A stretch of DNA of 63,900 nt, the filler included, from Craspedostauros australis (taxonomy: Eukaryota): NCBI GenBank assembly GCA_030167865.1. It is 19 parts of 19 records of this genome, joined end to end, with 100 filler letters (N's around TTAATTAATTAA, not from the genome) between each part and the next. Parts side by side here need not be neighbours in the genome. Positions count along the whole stretch, not along the records: positions 23,113 to 24,570 come from JALAGF010001488.1; positions 24,671 to 27,087 come from JALAGF010001489.1; positions 27,188 to 28,744 come from JALAGF010001490.1; positions 28,845 to 31,544 come from JALAGF010001491.1; positions 31,645 to 32,707 come from JALAGF010001492.1; positions 32,808 to 33,902 come from JALAGF010001493.1; positions 34,003 to 36,420 come from JALAGF010001494.1; 12 more parts are not named here. One strand, 5' to 3'. Positions 23,113-35,479 of this stretch are shown piece by piece. The notes beneath the pieces were generated by a model. It saw only the letters and a list, made by a program, of their open reading frames with translations. It made no database searches and was not told the origin of the DNA. The stretch's first letter is position 1. Every line of letters begins with the position of its first letter. Position numbers and translations under genes: made by a program.

Positions 23113-24570
23113 ATGGCAAGGGAATGGCAGCATGGGCGATGGCCAATGATGAGACTCTGGAGGTGCCGGTGTTTGGAACCTTTGAGGCTCCACGGAGGGA
23201 GGACCTGACATCGTCCCAGCAAGCGGAGTTGGCGGGAATCTACGGTGCGCCGATGACGGTTTGGGAAATGGAGAAGAGGTTTGGAATACGAGGTGGACGG
23301 GTGCGCTGAAGCTGTGACAACCTGCAAGCCCTGAAGGTGTTGGAGTGGGTACATTAATTGGATCTGGCGAGTCCTGGTCATGACATGATGGTGGCTGCCA
23401 TGAGGGTCCGAAGCCAGCTGAGTACAACGTTTGTGGGACAACACGTGCGTGGGCATCAGGACGAGCACAAGAAGCCTGATGAACTTGATGTGTGGGAGCA
23501 TATGAATGTCACTACAGACCAGATCGCAGTACAGCGATGACGAATGCTCGAAGAGGGCGATGCGTGAAGCTCTCACCAGAACACAGGGACATGATCGTGG
23601 CACATTGCAAGACAAGGCGTTCGCAGGTCGAGCATCACGTATGCCAGTGTTGTTGGAGATGTGGTGGAGGTGGAGATGGCGAGGGTCAGGTGGGAGCGAG
23701 GCATGAAGGTGATTGGTGGTGATGCCAACAAAAGCGTGCAACGACGGGTGGCGGGCAAGCTCACCAATACGCAGAGGGTGCTCACCATGGAGCTCACAAT
23801 ACAGGAGGTGGCTGTGGGAATGCAGATGGTTTGGTAGAAGGCAAGGACAAGTGACAGCTGCCCCAGGTGCGGCAAGATGGAAACTCATGGCCACTTCTGG
23901 GTCTGCTGCTCACTGGAATCGATGGCATTTTGGAAAGTGCAGCGGAAACGGCTGAGGATCACGATGTGGAAGATGCCAACTCATCCTGCCATTGCGAAAA
24001 TACAGTTGAGCAATGTCAAGCAAGTGTTGAGAGGGCTGGGACCTGTTGGACGCATATTCGCAAACTGGGCTGAGGCAAAGCTGATGGACAATCAACAGGA
24101 GGCAGGATGGGATTGGCTGGTCACGGGCGTGATCGTGGGGTCATGGACCAAGTTACAGGAGCAGTACTACACACAAATCGGTCGCAGGCTGTCCACAGCA
24201 AGGTGGGCGGCATGGATCGTGCGCAAGCTCTGGAAGGTGGCATGGGAGCATTGGCACCAACGCAATCAGGCGATGCATCGCACTGATGAGGGGCCAGAGG
24301 CTCACATGAGGCAGGTGTTGCGAGACTACAGCTCAACCCTGCAAGACGCAGCACAACTATGAGGGGCAAGCATGGTTATGTGGGCCTGACTACAGCTGTC
24401 AGGCAAAGGAGCCACAACTATGGGAACGGTCGCAATATGGTTTGGACAAGTGCACCGAGTGCTGCAGATACCAGGCAATAAAGTTACTGTTGAAGTCCGA
24501 ACTTGGCTCCGCCGATGGCGGTAGCTGGCCATCGTGAACGAGGCTGTCCCTGGATTTCCCTGCATGAGTA
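23113..24570 (+). mobile_element. Degenerate non-LTR retrotransposon (RNase H plus C-terminal CCHC, Ambal-like)
   Basis: Frameshifted pieces HVRGHQD..WEHMNVTTDQIA, CPRCGKMETHGHFWVC, WAAWIVRKLWKVAWEHWHQRNQAMH parallel the element at 52201-54982. Confidence 0.85.
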
Positions 24571-24671
24571 NNNNNNNNNNNNNNNNNNNNNNNNNNNNNN
24601 NNNNNNNNNNNNNNTTAATTAATTAANNNNNNNNNNNNNNNNNNNNNNNNNNNNNNNNNNNNNNNNNNNNC

Positions 24672-26195
24672 GCTGACTTCCTCGATACCTCTGAAGAGGA
24701 GTTCGAGGCTGTCTTGGACGGCTGGAAGTCTGGCTCCATCACTCGTTGTTTCGGACTCCGCAATCTTCGCGCATACGCGGAAGCGAACCCTGATTTCGAC
24801 GCGTGGTTCACCACACTGGAACGCCCCGTGCTCCGCGCATTCGGCAAGGCCAAAAAGCCTCCCGCTATTCGCGACAAGCCTCCTCCTGAGGACCATGGTA
24901 CCCTTGCATCTGGCGGTGCCACCGACGATGCCCGTCTCTCCGAGCATGGTGATACCTCTACTCCCCGCGGTGACACACCCGTCGCAGCCGCAGGCCGTGG
25001 TATTGGCACCAGCGATGCTCCTCTTGATGTTGGTGACGAGCCAGCGCATGCCGTCGACTTCATCACCGGCTCTGGCCTTACCTACGCCATGGCGCGCAAC
25101 AACCCTGCCACTCTTCCTCATTTTCACTTTGAGGAGGTCCCCATGGTCACGGAGCCCTCGTACGCCGCCATTGGCTACTGGCAGCGCTGGGAGCTGAAGC
25201 TTGCTGGAGACGCGCCCGCTGGAGTGCTCAAGTGGTACACACAGCTCCAAGCCGAGGCTGCTGGTGTGGATATCCACATCTGTCCACTTTCCGCGTTCAG
25301 TCCGCAGTGCTCCATCATTCCGCGCAACGCTTCACGCGAGCGTGTCATCCGCGCCGGCGAGTGGCTCAACAAGAAGTTACAGCAGAAGGACATCCTCGAT
25401 CTGAGCGACCCTGCCATCTCCCTATTCTATTCTGGGACNTTTGGCATGTCGCCACATCACTTGTCGTCCTTCCTTTTCCTTCATCAAGTGCTCTCCGACG
25501 CNTACATGCGTGTTGCCAACACCGTGAGCCANGCGCCTGAGTATGGCGATTCACAAGATGTCNTCAAGTTTGCCACGGCGTTGTTGGAGTTCCAGCAGAC
25601 CGAGAGTGTCGTTCACCGTCGCACGATCACTGACGTGGAGCTCTCCCGCCGATTCCTCGAAGGTCTTCGCTCCCACCACATGCCTGTGGAACACCATATC
25701 ACTTCCCTGTCCCTGGTGCCAGGCAACAAGCGCGTACCTACCCACCTACATGTGTCGGCTCTTGCCCGTACCATCAGAGGTGATCCCACTACCGCGACGT
25801 CCAATGTTGGCCACCGTGTGCAAACACGTTCGTCTGGGAAGTCTGGTGGTGATGGTAAGCGTGGCGAGCGCAAGCGATCCGAGTTCTACCAACCCGACAA
25901 GGATGCATTCTGTTCCGCATGCCACCGCAAGGGACATCATGCGCGCAGCTGCCTTCCATGGGCGCGTGATCTGCGTTTCGCGGAGCTCCGTGAGTCCGAG
26001 CCTGACCTTGCTGCGAAGGTTCTCAAGACGTACAAAGAGGTCTACTCCAGCGAGCGTGCAAGCACCGTTGCCAGGGCTATCGCACTTGTCCATCATGGGC
26101 GTGACTCGGCGAGCGACGACGGCGACAGTGGCAGCGATGATGAGCGCACGGCGCAGATCCTGTTCCAGGATTTTATTCTCGCCGGCCGGAAGTAG
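24672..26195 (+). mobile_element. gag: Ty1/copia (CoDi-like) gag, 5'-truncated by contig end
   Basis: Open frame from contig start, zinc knuckle CSACHRKGHHARSC (CX2CX4HX4C), directly upstream of pol. Confidence 0.85.
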
Positions 26196-27087
26196 AGCGA
26201 CTCTCCGGTGAACGGCTACTACCCGTTACTCGCCCATGCGGGATGCAAAAAGGCACGCCCACCAGCGTTGCGTCTCCGCTACAAACTGCCTCAACCCAAG
26301 TGCAAATCACGGGACCGGATCGTTTCATGACGTCAACGACAGTCCCGCTCCGTGCAAATGCACTTGCAGGGTCTCGCGACGACGAATGGCGCCACCGAAT
26401 CCATGGTCAGTGTGATCTCGGTGCCAATGTTTGCGCGACTCCGCATGCGCGTCTCCTCTGTGACTACACCGCATTTACTACTCCTTCCAGCCTTGCAGCA
26501 GCGGACTCATCTTCGCCTGCTATGGAGTGCCCGGGAGAAGGGTACATGCGGCTATCATGTGGCGACGGCGCGCATCTTTCGGTGCACACTCTTCTGTGCC
26601 CACGGCTGGCAGACACGCTTGTGTCGCCACAGTCCATCATCAAGCAATGTGACAACCCGTACACCAGCTTTGGCATCGAATCCACCCAGCACAGTGCTCA
26701 CATCGTCTTCAAGTCTCCGGATGGCAATCTTCGAGTACCGCTGTACATTCGCAACGGTCTGTACTTCTTCGGAGGCGTTCGTCCACACGCCATGACCTTG
26801 AGACAGGCATCGCCTACGCTCCTGTCGGAACTTTGGCATCTACGGCTTGGGCATGTGGGCATGGCGCAACTGCAGAAGCTTTCCAAATGCTCCACTGGTA
26901 TCCCGGCATCTGTTACAAAGCACATTCATCCGCTTCGACACTGTGACACGTGCAGCAAGGCAGGATATCAGCATGCCACACGCGGCCCCAATGACACGGC
27001 CACAGCCAATGTTGCTGGCGCTCGATTCCACGTCGACTTTGGGTTCATGAGAGCCACTGACGATGCGTACGGCCAGCGCAAGAAGTC
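26144..27087 (+). mobile_element. pol: Ty1/copia pol in the -1 frame (protease, GAG-pre-integrase, start of integrase), 3'-truncated
   Basis: CDLGAN protease-like motif, LWHLRLGH...CDTC zinc-binding domain, FHVDFGFMRA integrase start. The frame is open from 26144 and overlaps the gag end. Confidence 0.9.
26168..26222 (+). promoter_or_regulatory. Candidate -1 ribosomal frameshift signal (G_GAT_TTT plus downstream stem-loop/pseudoknot)
   Basis: Heptamer in the correct gag phase, 6-nt spacer, then GCCG/CGGC and GCCGGA/TCCGGT arms. Second copy at 28685. Confidence 0.75.
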
Positions 27088-27187
27088 NNNNNNNNNNNNN
27101 NNNNNNNNNNNNNNNNNNNNNNNNNNNNNNNTTAATTAATTAANNNNNNNNNNNNNNNNNNNNNNNNNNNNNNNNNNNNNNNNNNNN

Positions 27188-28744
27188 CGCTGACTTCCTC
27201 GATACCTCTGAAGAGGAGTTCGAGGCTGTCTTGGACGGCTGGAAGTCTGGCTCCATCACTCGTTGTTTCGGACTCCGCAATCTTCGCGCATACGCGGAAG
27301 CGAACCCTGATTTCGACGCGTGGTTCACCACACTGGAACGCCCCGTGCTCCGCGCATTCGGCAAGGCCAAAAAGCCTCCCGCTATTCGCGACAAGCCTCC
27401 TCCTGAGGACCATGGTACCCTTGCATCTGGCGGTGCCACCGACGATGCCCGTCTCTCCGAGCATGGTGATACCTCTACTCCCCGCGGTGACACACCCGTC
27501 GCAGCCGCAGGCCGTGGTATTGGCACCAGCGATGCTCCTCTTGATGTTGGTGACGAGCCAGCGCATGCCGTCGACTTCATCACCGGCTCTGGCCTTACCT
27601 ACGCCATGGCGCGCAACAACCCTGCCACTCTTCCTCATTTTCACTTTGAGGAGGTCCCCATGGTCACGGAGCCCTCGTACGCCGCCATTGGCTACTGGCA
27701 GCGCTGGGAGCTGAAGCTTGCTGGAGACGCGCCCGCTGGAGTGCTCAAGTGGTACACACAGCTCCAAGCCGAGGCTGCTGGTGTGGATATCCACATCTGT
27801 CCACTTTCCGCGTTCAGTCCGCAGTGCTCCATCATTCCGCGCAACGCTTCACGCGAGCGTGTCATCCGCGCCGGCGAGTGGCTCAACAAGAAGTTACAGC
27901 AGAAGGACATCCTCGATCTGAGCGACCCTGCCATCTCCCTATTCTATTCTGGGACTTTTGGCATGTCGCCACATCACTTGTCGTCCTTCCTTTTCCTTCA
28001 TCAAGTGCTCTCCGACGCGTACATGCGTGTTGCCAACACCGTGAGCCAGGCGCCTGAGTATGGCGATTCACAAGATGTCGTCAAGTTTGCCACGGCGTTG
28101 TTGGAGTTCCAGCAGACCGAGAGTGTCGTTCACCGTCGCACGATCACTGACGTGGAGCTCTCCCGCCGATTCCTCGAAGGTCTTCGCTCCCACCACATGC
28201 CTGTGGAACACCATATCACTTCCCTGTCCCTGGTGCCAGGCAACAAGCGCGTACCTACCCACCTACATGTGTCGGCTCTTGCCCGTACCATCAGAGGTGA
28301 TCCCACTACCGCGACGTCCAATGTTGGCCACCGTGTGCAAACACGTTCGTCTGGGAAGTCTGGTGGTGATGGTAAGCGTGGCGAGCGCAAGCGATCCGAG
28401 TTCTACCAACCCGACAAGGATGCATTCTGTTCCGCATGCCACCGCAAGGGACATCATGCGCGCAGCTGCCTTCCATGGGCGCGTGATCTGCGTTTCGCGG
28501 AGCTCCGTGAGTCCGAGCCTGACCTTGCTGCGAAGGTTCTCAAGACGTACAAAGAGGTCTACTCCAGCGAGCGTGCAAGCACCGTTGCCAGGGCTATCGC
28601 ACTTGTCCATCATGGGCGTGACTCGGCGAGCGACGACGGCGACAGTGGCAGCGATGATGAGCGCACGGCGCAGATCCTGTTCCAGGATTTTATTCTCGCC
28701 GGCCGGAAGTAGAGCGACTCTCCGGTGAACGGCTACTACCCGTT
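27188..28744 (+). mobile_element. gag: Second, essentially identical copy of the copia gag region (24671-26227)
   Basis: Identical protein at offset 2517 nt. Ns of the first copy are resolved here. Same left edge, so probably redundant assembly. Confidence 0.9.
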
Positions 28745-29104
28745 NNNNNNNNNNNNNNNNNNNNNNNNNNNNNNNNNNNNNNNNNNNNTTAATTAATTAA
28801 NNNNNNNNNNNNNNNNNNNNNNNNNNNNNNNNNNNNNNNNNNNNACGGGGAGGATGTTGGCACTCTCTCGATCATCATTCCTCCTTTCTTGTGCCGTTCT
28901 TGTTCTTGTTCTTGTCCTCGTTTCCTTCTTCCCTTCGATTTCTGTGTCTCCTCTGTTCCGCGTTTTGTTCGGCGGTTGTTCCATACCCATTCCATAATCT
29001 TCGATCCACTCCATCACTCGGCATCCCATCAATAGCTCCATTCTTTCTGTCTCTCTCTCTCCCCTTCCATACCATACCATCTCCTTTGCCAATACCCACC
29101 CATC

Positions 29105-29827
29105 ATGTCAATGTTCCGCAATCACAAGATCCGCGTGGCCGCCTTCGTCCTGTTCCTCGCCACAGCGACGAAGGGCAACGTCAACCATGATGGGAATGTC
29201 GGAGGCGGCGGAACAGCAGCGGTGCTGGCATCGCCAACAGCACCAGGATCCGTCTCCATCCACAGCTCGTCGCTTTCCGTAGAGGGCGTGCACCTGCCCG
29301 ATTCGCACGTCCTGGACGGAGTCATGCTGCAACGCAACGGTCATGGCATTCGGTCCATCAACTTCTTCGGCTTTGAGATCAAGGCCTACGTGGCTGGACT
29401 GTACACAGAGGTGACGGTGAATTCGGAGGAGGACGTGCTGTCGTACCTGGAATCCGGCAGTCCCATGATCTTCGATTGCACATTTCTCAAGAGCGTTGGA
29501 CAGGGTCGTGTGACCTCAGCGTGGGAGCAGCAGCTGGAGTACAGCGTGACGCATCGGTACGACCACTACGAGAAGGACAGGGATCGGTTCATCGGCATGT
29601 TCGGTCCCATCAAGGCATACGGCAAGGAGATGATGCAGCTGATCGGCGACGAGACGGTGGTGTACGACCAAGGCCAGCGGAAGGGGTCCATCCCCGGCAG
29701 GGACTTTCAGCGTGCGTTCCTGAGCATGTGGTTTGGCGAGAAGGCCGTGGCGGACGATCTGAAGCGGGGCCTGCTGGGTGAACTGAATTCCAATAGCAAG
29801 ATGAAGCTGGCCGTTGTGGAAGCATGA
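29105..29827 (+). CDS. Chalcone isomerase-fold protein with N-terminal signal peptide
   Basis: LQRNGHGIRSINFFGFEIKAYVAGLY and GSIPGRDFQRAFLSMWFGEKAVADDLKRGLLG match the CHI-like family. Hydrophobic N-terminus. Confidence 0.85.
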   Translation: MSMFRNHKIRVAAFVLFLATATKGNVNHDGNVGGGGTAAVLASPTAPGSVSIHSSSLSVEGVHLPDSHVLDGVMLQRNGHGIRSINFFGFEIKAYVAGLYTEVTVNSEEDVLSYLESGSPMIFDCTFLKSVGQGRVTSAWEQQLEYSVTHRYDHYEKDRDRFIGMFGPIKAYGKEMMQLIGDETVVYDQGQRKGSIPGRDFQRAFLSMWFGEKAVADDLKRGLLGELNSNSKMKLAVVEA

Positions 29828-30234
29828 TGGGCGAGCAGAATTGGCTTGATTGCATTGCGCTCTGTTTGGCAGGGTTGCGAGTGTCAGTAGCGACACCAAT
29901 CATCGTATGGTAGAGCAGAGCGAGTTGCCGCCGCTACATACACAACAGATTCGAGGAACTGAAGTTCATTTTGAGTGCTGAAGTTGAACAGAATCATAAT
30001 GGAACTGTAGCCCTATTTATGCGAGAGAAGGGTAATGTGGCTATCATTGAGCGTACTCCCATGGTATGAATCTCCAGTTTGCTCCCAATCAAATGGAACG
30101 GAGCGGAGCTAAATGAAAACCCAGGCGGCGTCACAAACAGTGTTGGCGTCAGGACGGTGAGAAAGTCGAAGTATAGTGCACTCCTCTTTCTTCTTGTTCC
30201 TTGCTTGATTTCGCCTGCTCTACTCTACTCTACT

Positions 30235-31437
30235 CTACCTGCGCCTCAACAAACCTTTCGACAGCTTTGCTGCCGCGTACTTGAACGATCTGCTGAATCC
30301 GAGAGTGAAGATGCCCTTCATGGATTGATATCTGGCTGGTTTGCCCACGGTGTCTTCCAGCTTGGACATCAGCCGTTGCTGCGCATCTCCATCGAACTTC
30401 ACCGCATTCGTTCTTGTTGGCATGTTTGCGTTTGCGTTTGCGTTCGTTAGCGGCTTTCGACTCTCTGTCGATGCGGTTGATTCATGCACCGACGAATTCA
30501 AGGCCTGGAAGGAAGGCGGCAAGCATTCCCACAGGCAGCGCCGAGCCGCGCTACTCTTGCAATCCCACTCCACGCCAGCATCGCTCAGCTGCAACACTCC
30601 CTGAGTTTCCAGCGTCTGCGTAACTGAAGATTGACGATACATGGAGTGGAAGCGATCCAGCTGACCGGGTGCTTGGATCAGCTTCGTCACCTTCAATGGA
30701 TCTTCTCCCCCAACCTTCATCCGAAAGTCGCCCGTGTAGCTTAACGAAGCAATCTGCATGTACAGCTTGGACCATGGGGTGGTGCCACTCTGATCTCCAA
30801 TATCCTTCGATGGACCTGCATCCGCGTCCTCATGATCGTTTCCATCCAACAACAGCAGCGACGCCGCCACTGCCGACCGCAGGTTGGTCTCCTGCGCATC
30901 CACAAACTCGTCCGGCACCGGTGTCATGATCGGCAGCGTGGGCTTGTGCAACCGACCTGCCAGATACAGCGCGTTCCACTGCAACAGATCCGCTCGTAGA
31001 TCATCCCATTGCACAATGCCGTACTTCATGGCCACGGGATCATCCACCACGTGGAACAGAACCTTGGCATCGGGCAGCGACCGCTGCAGCGTGGTTGCAA
31101 TGGCTGGACCTGACCAGCGCAGCCAGGGCGTGTAATGCTGGGGGTTCTGCTGGATGTTCTGCTCGTGGAAACGATGAGCATCGTCCACAACCAGGATCAT
31201 GTCGATCATGCCGCCGGCATGCGCTTGCGCTTGGATGTTCTGAGAGAAGACGCCGGATCCGTATCCAAACGCATGCATCAGATGGTGCTGTGGGAAGTGC
31301 CCGATGATGTCGCTGAGCTCATCGTGGGATGCAAGCTGTCCAGCATCCTTCATCCTTCTGTTCGTGTCGCTGATGGCAACGTCAGTGTGATGCGGACTTC
31401 GATTGCAGATGTATAATACATAGACCGCTTGCTTCAA
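30235..31437 (-). CDS. TAM41: Mitochondrial phosphatidate cytidylyltransferase Tam41/Mmp37 (start uncertain)
   Basis: AFGYGSGVFSQ, MIDMILVVDD, KYGIV, LYLAGRLHKP, LSYTGDFRM, GEDPLKV, and C-terminal KYAAAKLSKG. Confidence 0.92.
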   Translation of the reverse strand: MKQAVYVLYICNRSPHHTDVAISDTNRRMKDAGQLASHDELSDIIGHFPQHHLMHAFGYGSGVFSQNIQAQAHAGGMIDMILVVDDAHRFHEQNIQQNPQHYTPWLRWSGPAIATTLQRSLPDAKVLFHVVDDPVAMKYGIVQWDDLRADLLQWNALYLAGRLHKPTLPIMTPVPDEFVDAQETNLRSAVAASLLLLDGNDHEDADAGPSKDIGDQSGTTPWSKLYMQIASLSYTGDFRMKVGGEDPLKVTKLIQAPGQLDRFHSMYRQSSVTQTLETQGVLQLSDAGVEWDCKSSAARRCLWECLPPSFQALNSSVHESTASTESRKPLTNANANANMPTRTNAVKFDGDAQQRLMSKLEDTVGKPARYQSMKGIFTLGFSRSFKYAAAKLSKGLLRRR

Positions 31438-31644
31438 TGGAGAGTACGAATGTGGTTAATTCGCTGTTGTTGGTCGAGGAGGAGGATTGTCAACGTCGCA
31501 GAACACAACGATGAGGAGCTGAAGTGATGCCGACGGAACATTTCNNNNNNNNNNNNNNNNNNNNNNNNNNNNNNNNNNNNNNNNNNNNTTAATTAATTAA
31601 NNNNNNNNNNNNNNNNNNNNNNNNNNNNNNNNNNNNNNNNNNNN

Positions 31645-32707
31645 TGCGTTGACTTCGTTGATGAGTTGTTGCATGGGGATGAGGGCACGCATGGCAAGAG
31701 ACAGCGCGGCGTATTCCGACTCCATTGTCGATAAGGCAATCTCTGTCTGCAGTTTCGATTTCCACACGAGCGGGCAGCCACCGAGGATGATGACGTAGCC
31801 GGTACGTGAGCGTACTGCGTTGGGAGAATCGTCGGACTCGCGCTTGTACAGACCAGCGAAATCGGCATCGACGTAACACTCCAAGTTGAGTTGGCCCGTT
31901 GGTCGTACGATAGTGCCCATGGTGTTTGTGTGGCGGAGGTATCGCACGATCATCTTGATGGCCTTTGCATGCGGTTGGCGGGGGTCGTTGCTGAATCGGG
32001 CCACTTGAGATACGGCGAAGGCCAGGTCGGGGCGTGTGTTCGTAGTCAAGTAGAGCAGCATGCCCACGATGGAGCGGTAGTTCCATGCTTCCTTCATTGG
32101 CGGTTGGTCGGTTGAGGCGCCGAGGGCAAGTTGTGTTGTTGGTGTTACGTTTGGTTTGCAATGCTGCATGCTGGTGGCCTCGATGATCTTGTTGATTAAT
32201 CCGGTCTGCTTGAGGTGGATGGTGTTGTTTTTGGGGTCTCGGTGTAGCGATATTCCCAGGAACTCCGTGAACGTGCCCTCTCGTGTGAGATCAAATCCGC
32301 GCTTGCGCATGGACTCGATGAATGCGTCTGCCTCTTCTTCCGTACGCGAAGCGATGCCAGCGTCGTCCACGTAGAGAACGATCATCATGCCGTCTCGCAT
32401 GAACAGGCACTTCTCTTGGTCACACGCACGAAACCCTTCCGCAAGGAGGGCGCGCACGAGGTGCTGATACCATAGCTTGGGAGCTATAGTTAGGCCGTAA
32501 AGGCTTTTAATCAGCTTGAGGCACGTGTCAGGTCCATTCGTCGATCGGAAGCCGCGAGGAAGGTGTAAGTAGACAGGCCGGTGGATGTCGGCTTGGACGA
32601 ACGCGTTCGAAAAATCGATCGACGTCGTGACCCAGCGGAGCAAAATGGAAAGGATGAGAAAGACGCGGACGGATGACCATGCGACAACCGGAGCGTAGGT
32701 TGCCTCC
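31645..32707 (-). mobile_element. pol: Ty1/copia reverse transcriptase-RNase H, internal fragment, frame intact
   Basis: TYAPVV, DFSNAFVQ, KSLYGL, YVDD, TRPDLAFAV, YVDADFAG, SRTGY, IALSTMESEY. Confidence 0.95.
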
Positions 32708-33134
32708 NNNNNNNNNNNNNNNNNNNNNNNNNNNNNNNNNNNNNNNNNNNNTTAATTAATTAANNNNNNNNNNNNNNNNNNNNNNNNNNNNNNNNNNNNN
32801 NNNNNNNGATGCATGTCAAAAATAAATGTCCTCAGGAGGACAGATAGCACTAAATGTCCTCCTGAGGACCGAAACTTTCCTTACGGATATACTCACATGT
32901 ACATCTCGACAGTGTCGAGCTGTGTGACATCATTTCTTCATCCTACCAAGACTACTAACTAACTCATAATAACACAAACAGAGATTAGCACAAAAGCATG
33001 ACTCTACTCATCGTTACAGTAACACAACTTCTAACAAGGTCACTCCTCTCGAACTGCATTGCACGGTTATCCCGAAACCGGCAGCTCACGAGGCCTTTCC
33101 TACTGAATTGTGTCACCAACAGAGCACAAATCCT

Positions 33135-33600
33135 AACTAGATGTGCAAATTCATGGTGGATGGGACTGACTTTTGTTTTCTTGAACCTCATCCTTTTCAA
33201 AGAAATGGTACAGTCTCAAATACAAGGGAACTGATCTGCAGTACGAGATGGCAATTTGCATCCAAGCTGGTGACATCGTTTGGTGCCATGGTCTGTTACC
33301 TTGTGGTCAGTGGCCGGACCAACAGATCTTCGACTGCTTGATGGTGGGAAACTTGCTGCTGATGAAATGGTGCATGCTGATCGAGGACACAGCAGTCCCT
33401 TGGTATGCAAGTCAAAGGACTATGATACCAATGCTGACAGGGATGGCAAGACTCATGTAAGAGCAAGACATGAAACCATTTACGTCTCTTCAAGAGATGG
33501 AAGATCTTACATGACTCATTTCAACATAATATGCAACTGCGCAAGACAGTATTGAAGGCAGTTGCCATAGCTGTCTGTTGATCAGGGCTTCTTCCAGCCT
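33135..33600 (+). pseudogene. Degenerate PIF/Harbinger- or ISL2EU-like DDE transposase (DDE_Tnp_4 type)
   Basis: Across frameshifts: VDGTDF..EP.PF, WYSLKYKG..LQYE..ICIQAGDIVW.HG..PCG.WPD..IF, ADRG, RARHETI. Confidence 0.75.
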
Positions 33601-34361
33601 TGCCAAGTCAGGTAATAGAGAAAGAGACAGACTAAGTGATTAGAGCAGAGCAGAGAAATTGGTTGTATGCGTGTGAACAAAGTGTTGTACAGAAGACCCG
33701 TGTTGCCTGTCATTGGAACGATTTTGGGTTTGCACAGTTGTCAATTCGAATGAATCCCATTGGGTCTTCGTTCTTAGACCAAAGGCAAAATATATATTAC
33801 CATAGCTCCCAGTTTTGCGTTGGACAAGCAATTCACGCAGAGTTGCACGGTACGTTTCTCGTCGTGAATTCCTGTGGTGATGATTCCTCCGCCAGATTTC
33901 GGNNNNNNNNNNNNNNNNNNNNNNNNNNNNNNNNNNNNNNNNNNNNTTAATTAATTAANNNNNNNNNNNNNNNNNNNNNNNNNNNNNNNNNNNNNNNNNN
34001 NNACGCCTACGAGTGGGAACCTCTTTTCTTTACATATTATTAATCTTCTCGAGCTCCTCTTTCCAACCATGCTATCACATTTATATATCTGTTACTGTCT
34101 TTAGGTTGATATAGTTGCCTAAAGTACTCGTGAATCGATTTTGAGCTGCGGGACTGTCGCTCATTCCATTGGCGAGACGCGAATCGCCAAATTGGCGAGG
34201 TCGCATTTTCGTTTTTCGAATCCGCTTCCTTGCCAACACCCACACGTCATGCCTTTGTTGTTACGTATCAGCATGCCTNNNNNNNNNNNNNNNNNNNNNN
34301 NNNNNNNNNNNNNNNNNNNNNNNNNNNNNNNNNNNNNNNNNNNNNNNNNNNNNNNNNNNNN

Positions 34362-35465
34362 CATCGCAACATCACAGGATGGCTGCATCACAACATCGCA
34401 ACATTGTAACATCACAATATTGTAGCATCGCAGGTTCACAACATCGCAGCATCGCAGCATCACAACATTGCAGCATCCCAACATCACAGCGTCACAGCAT
34501 TGCAAGATTGCAGCATCACAGCATCCCAACATCGCAGCATCACATCATCGCAGCGTCACAGCATTGCAGTGTCACAGCATCACAGCATCGCGGCATCACA
34601 AGATTACAGCATCACAGCATCCCAACATCGCAGCATCACATCATTGCAGCGTCACACCATCACAGCATCGCGGCATCGCAAGATCGCAGCGTCACAGCAT
34701 CACAGCATTGCGGCATTGCAAGATCACAGCATCCCAACATCGCAGCATTGCAACATCGCAGCGTCACAGCATTGCGGCATCACAGCATTGCAAGATCGCA
34801 GCATCACAGCATCGCAGCATTGCAGCATTGCAGCATTGCAGCGTCACAGCATCGCAGCATCACAGCATTGCAAGATCACAGCATCCCAACATTGCAGCAT
34901 CGCAACATCGCAGCGTCACAGCATTACGGCATCACAGCATTGCAAGATTGCAGCATCACAGCATCGCAACATCACAGCATCGCAGCATTGCAGCGTCACA
35001 GCATCACAGCATTGCGGCATCACAAGATCACAGCATCCCAACATTGCAGCATTGCAACATTGCAGCATCACATCATTACGGCATCGCAGCATTGCAAGAT
35101 TGCAGCATCACAGCATCGCAGCATCACAGCATTGTGGCATCGCAGCATCACAGCATTGCAGCATCACAGCATTGCAAGATCGCAGCATCACAGCATTGCA
35201 GCATCACAGCATCACAGCATTGCGGCATTGCAAGATCACAGCGTCACAGCATCACAGCATTGCGGCATCGCAAGATCGCAGCATCACAGCATCACAGCAT
35301 CCCAACATCCCAACATCACAACATTGCGACATCGCAGCATCAAATCATCACAGTATCGCAGCATTGCAACATCACATCATCACAACATCGCAGCATCACA
35401 GCATCACAACATCGCAGCATCCCAACATTGCGACATCACATCATTGCAGCATCACAACATCACCC
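34362..35465. repeat. Degenerate 8-bp satellite (CAGCATCA/CAGCATCG/CAGCATTG)
   Basis: Direct reading. It generates spurious ASQH-rich ORFs in three frames. Confidence 0.95.
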
Positions 35466-35479
35466 AATTCAAAAGCTTT

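Noticed and set aside
24671..28744. Tandem duplication of gag
   Set aside because: Two separate contigs with the same left edge and essentially identical sequence, so most likely redundant assembly of a multicopy element.
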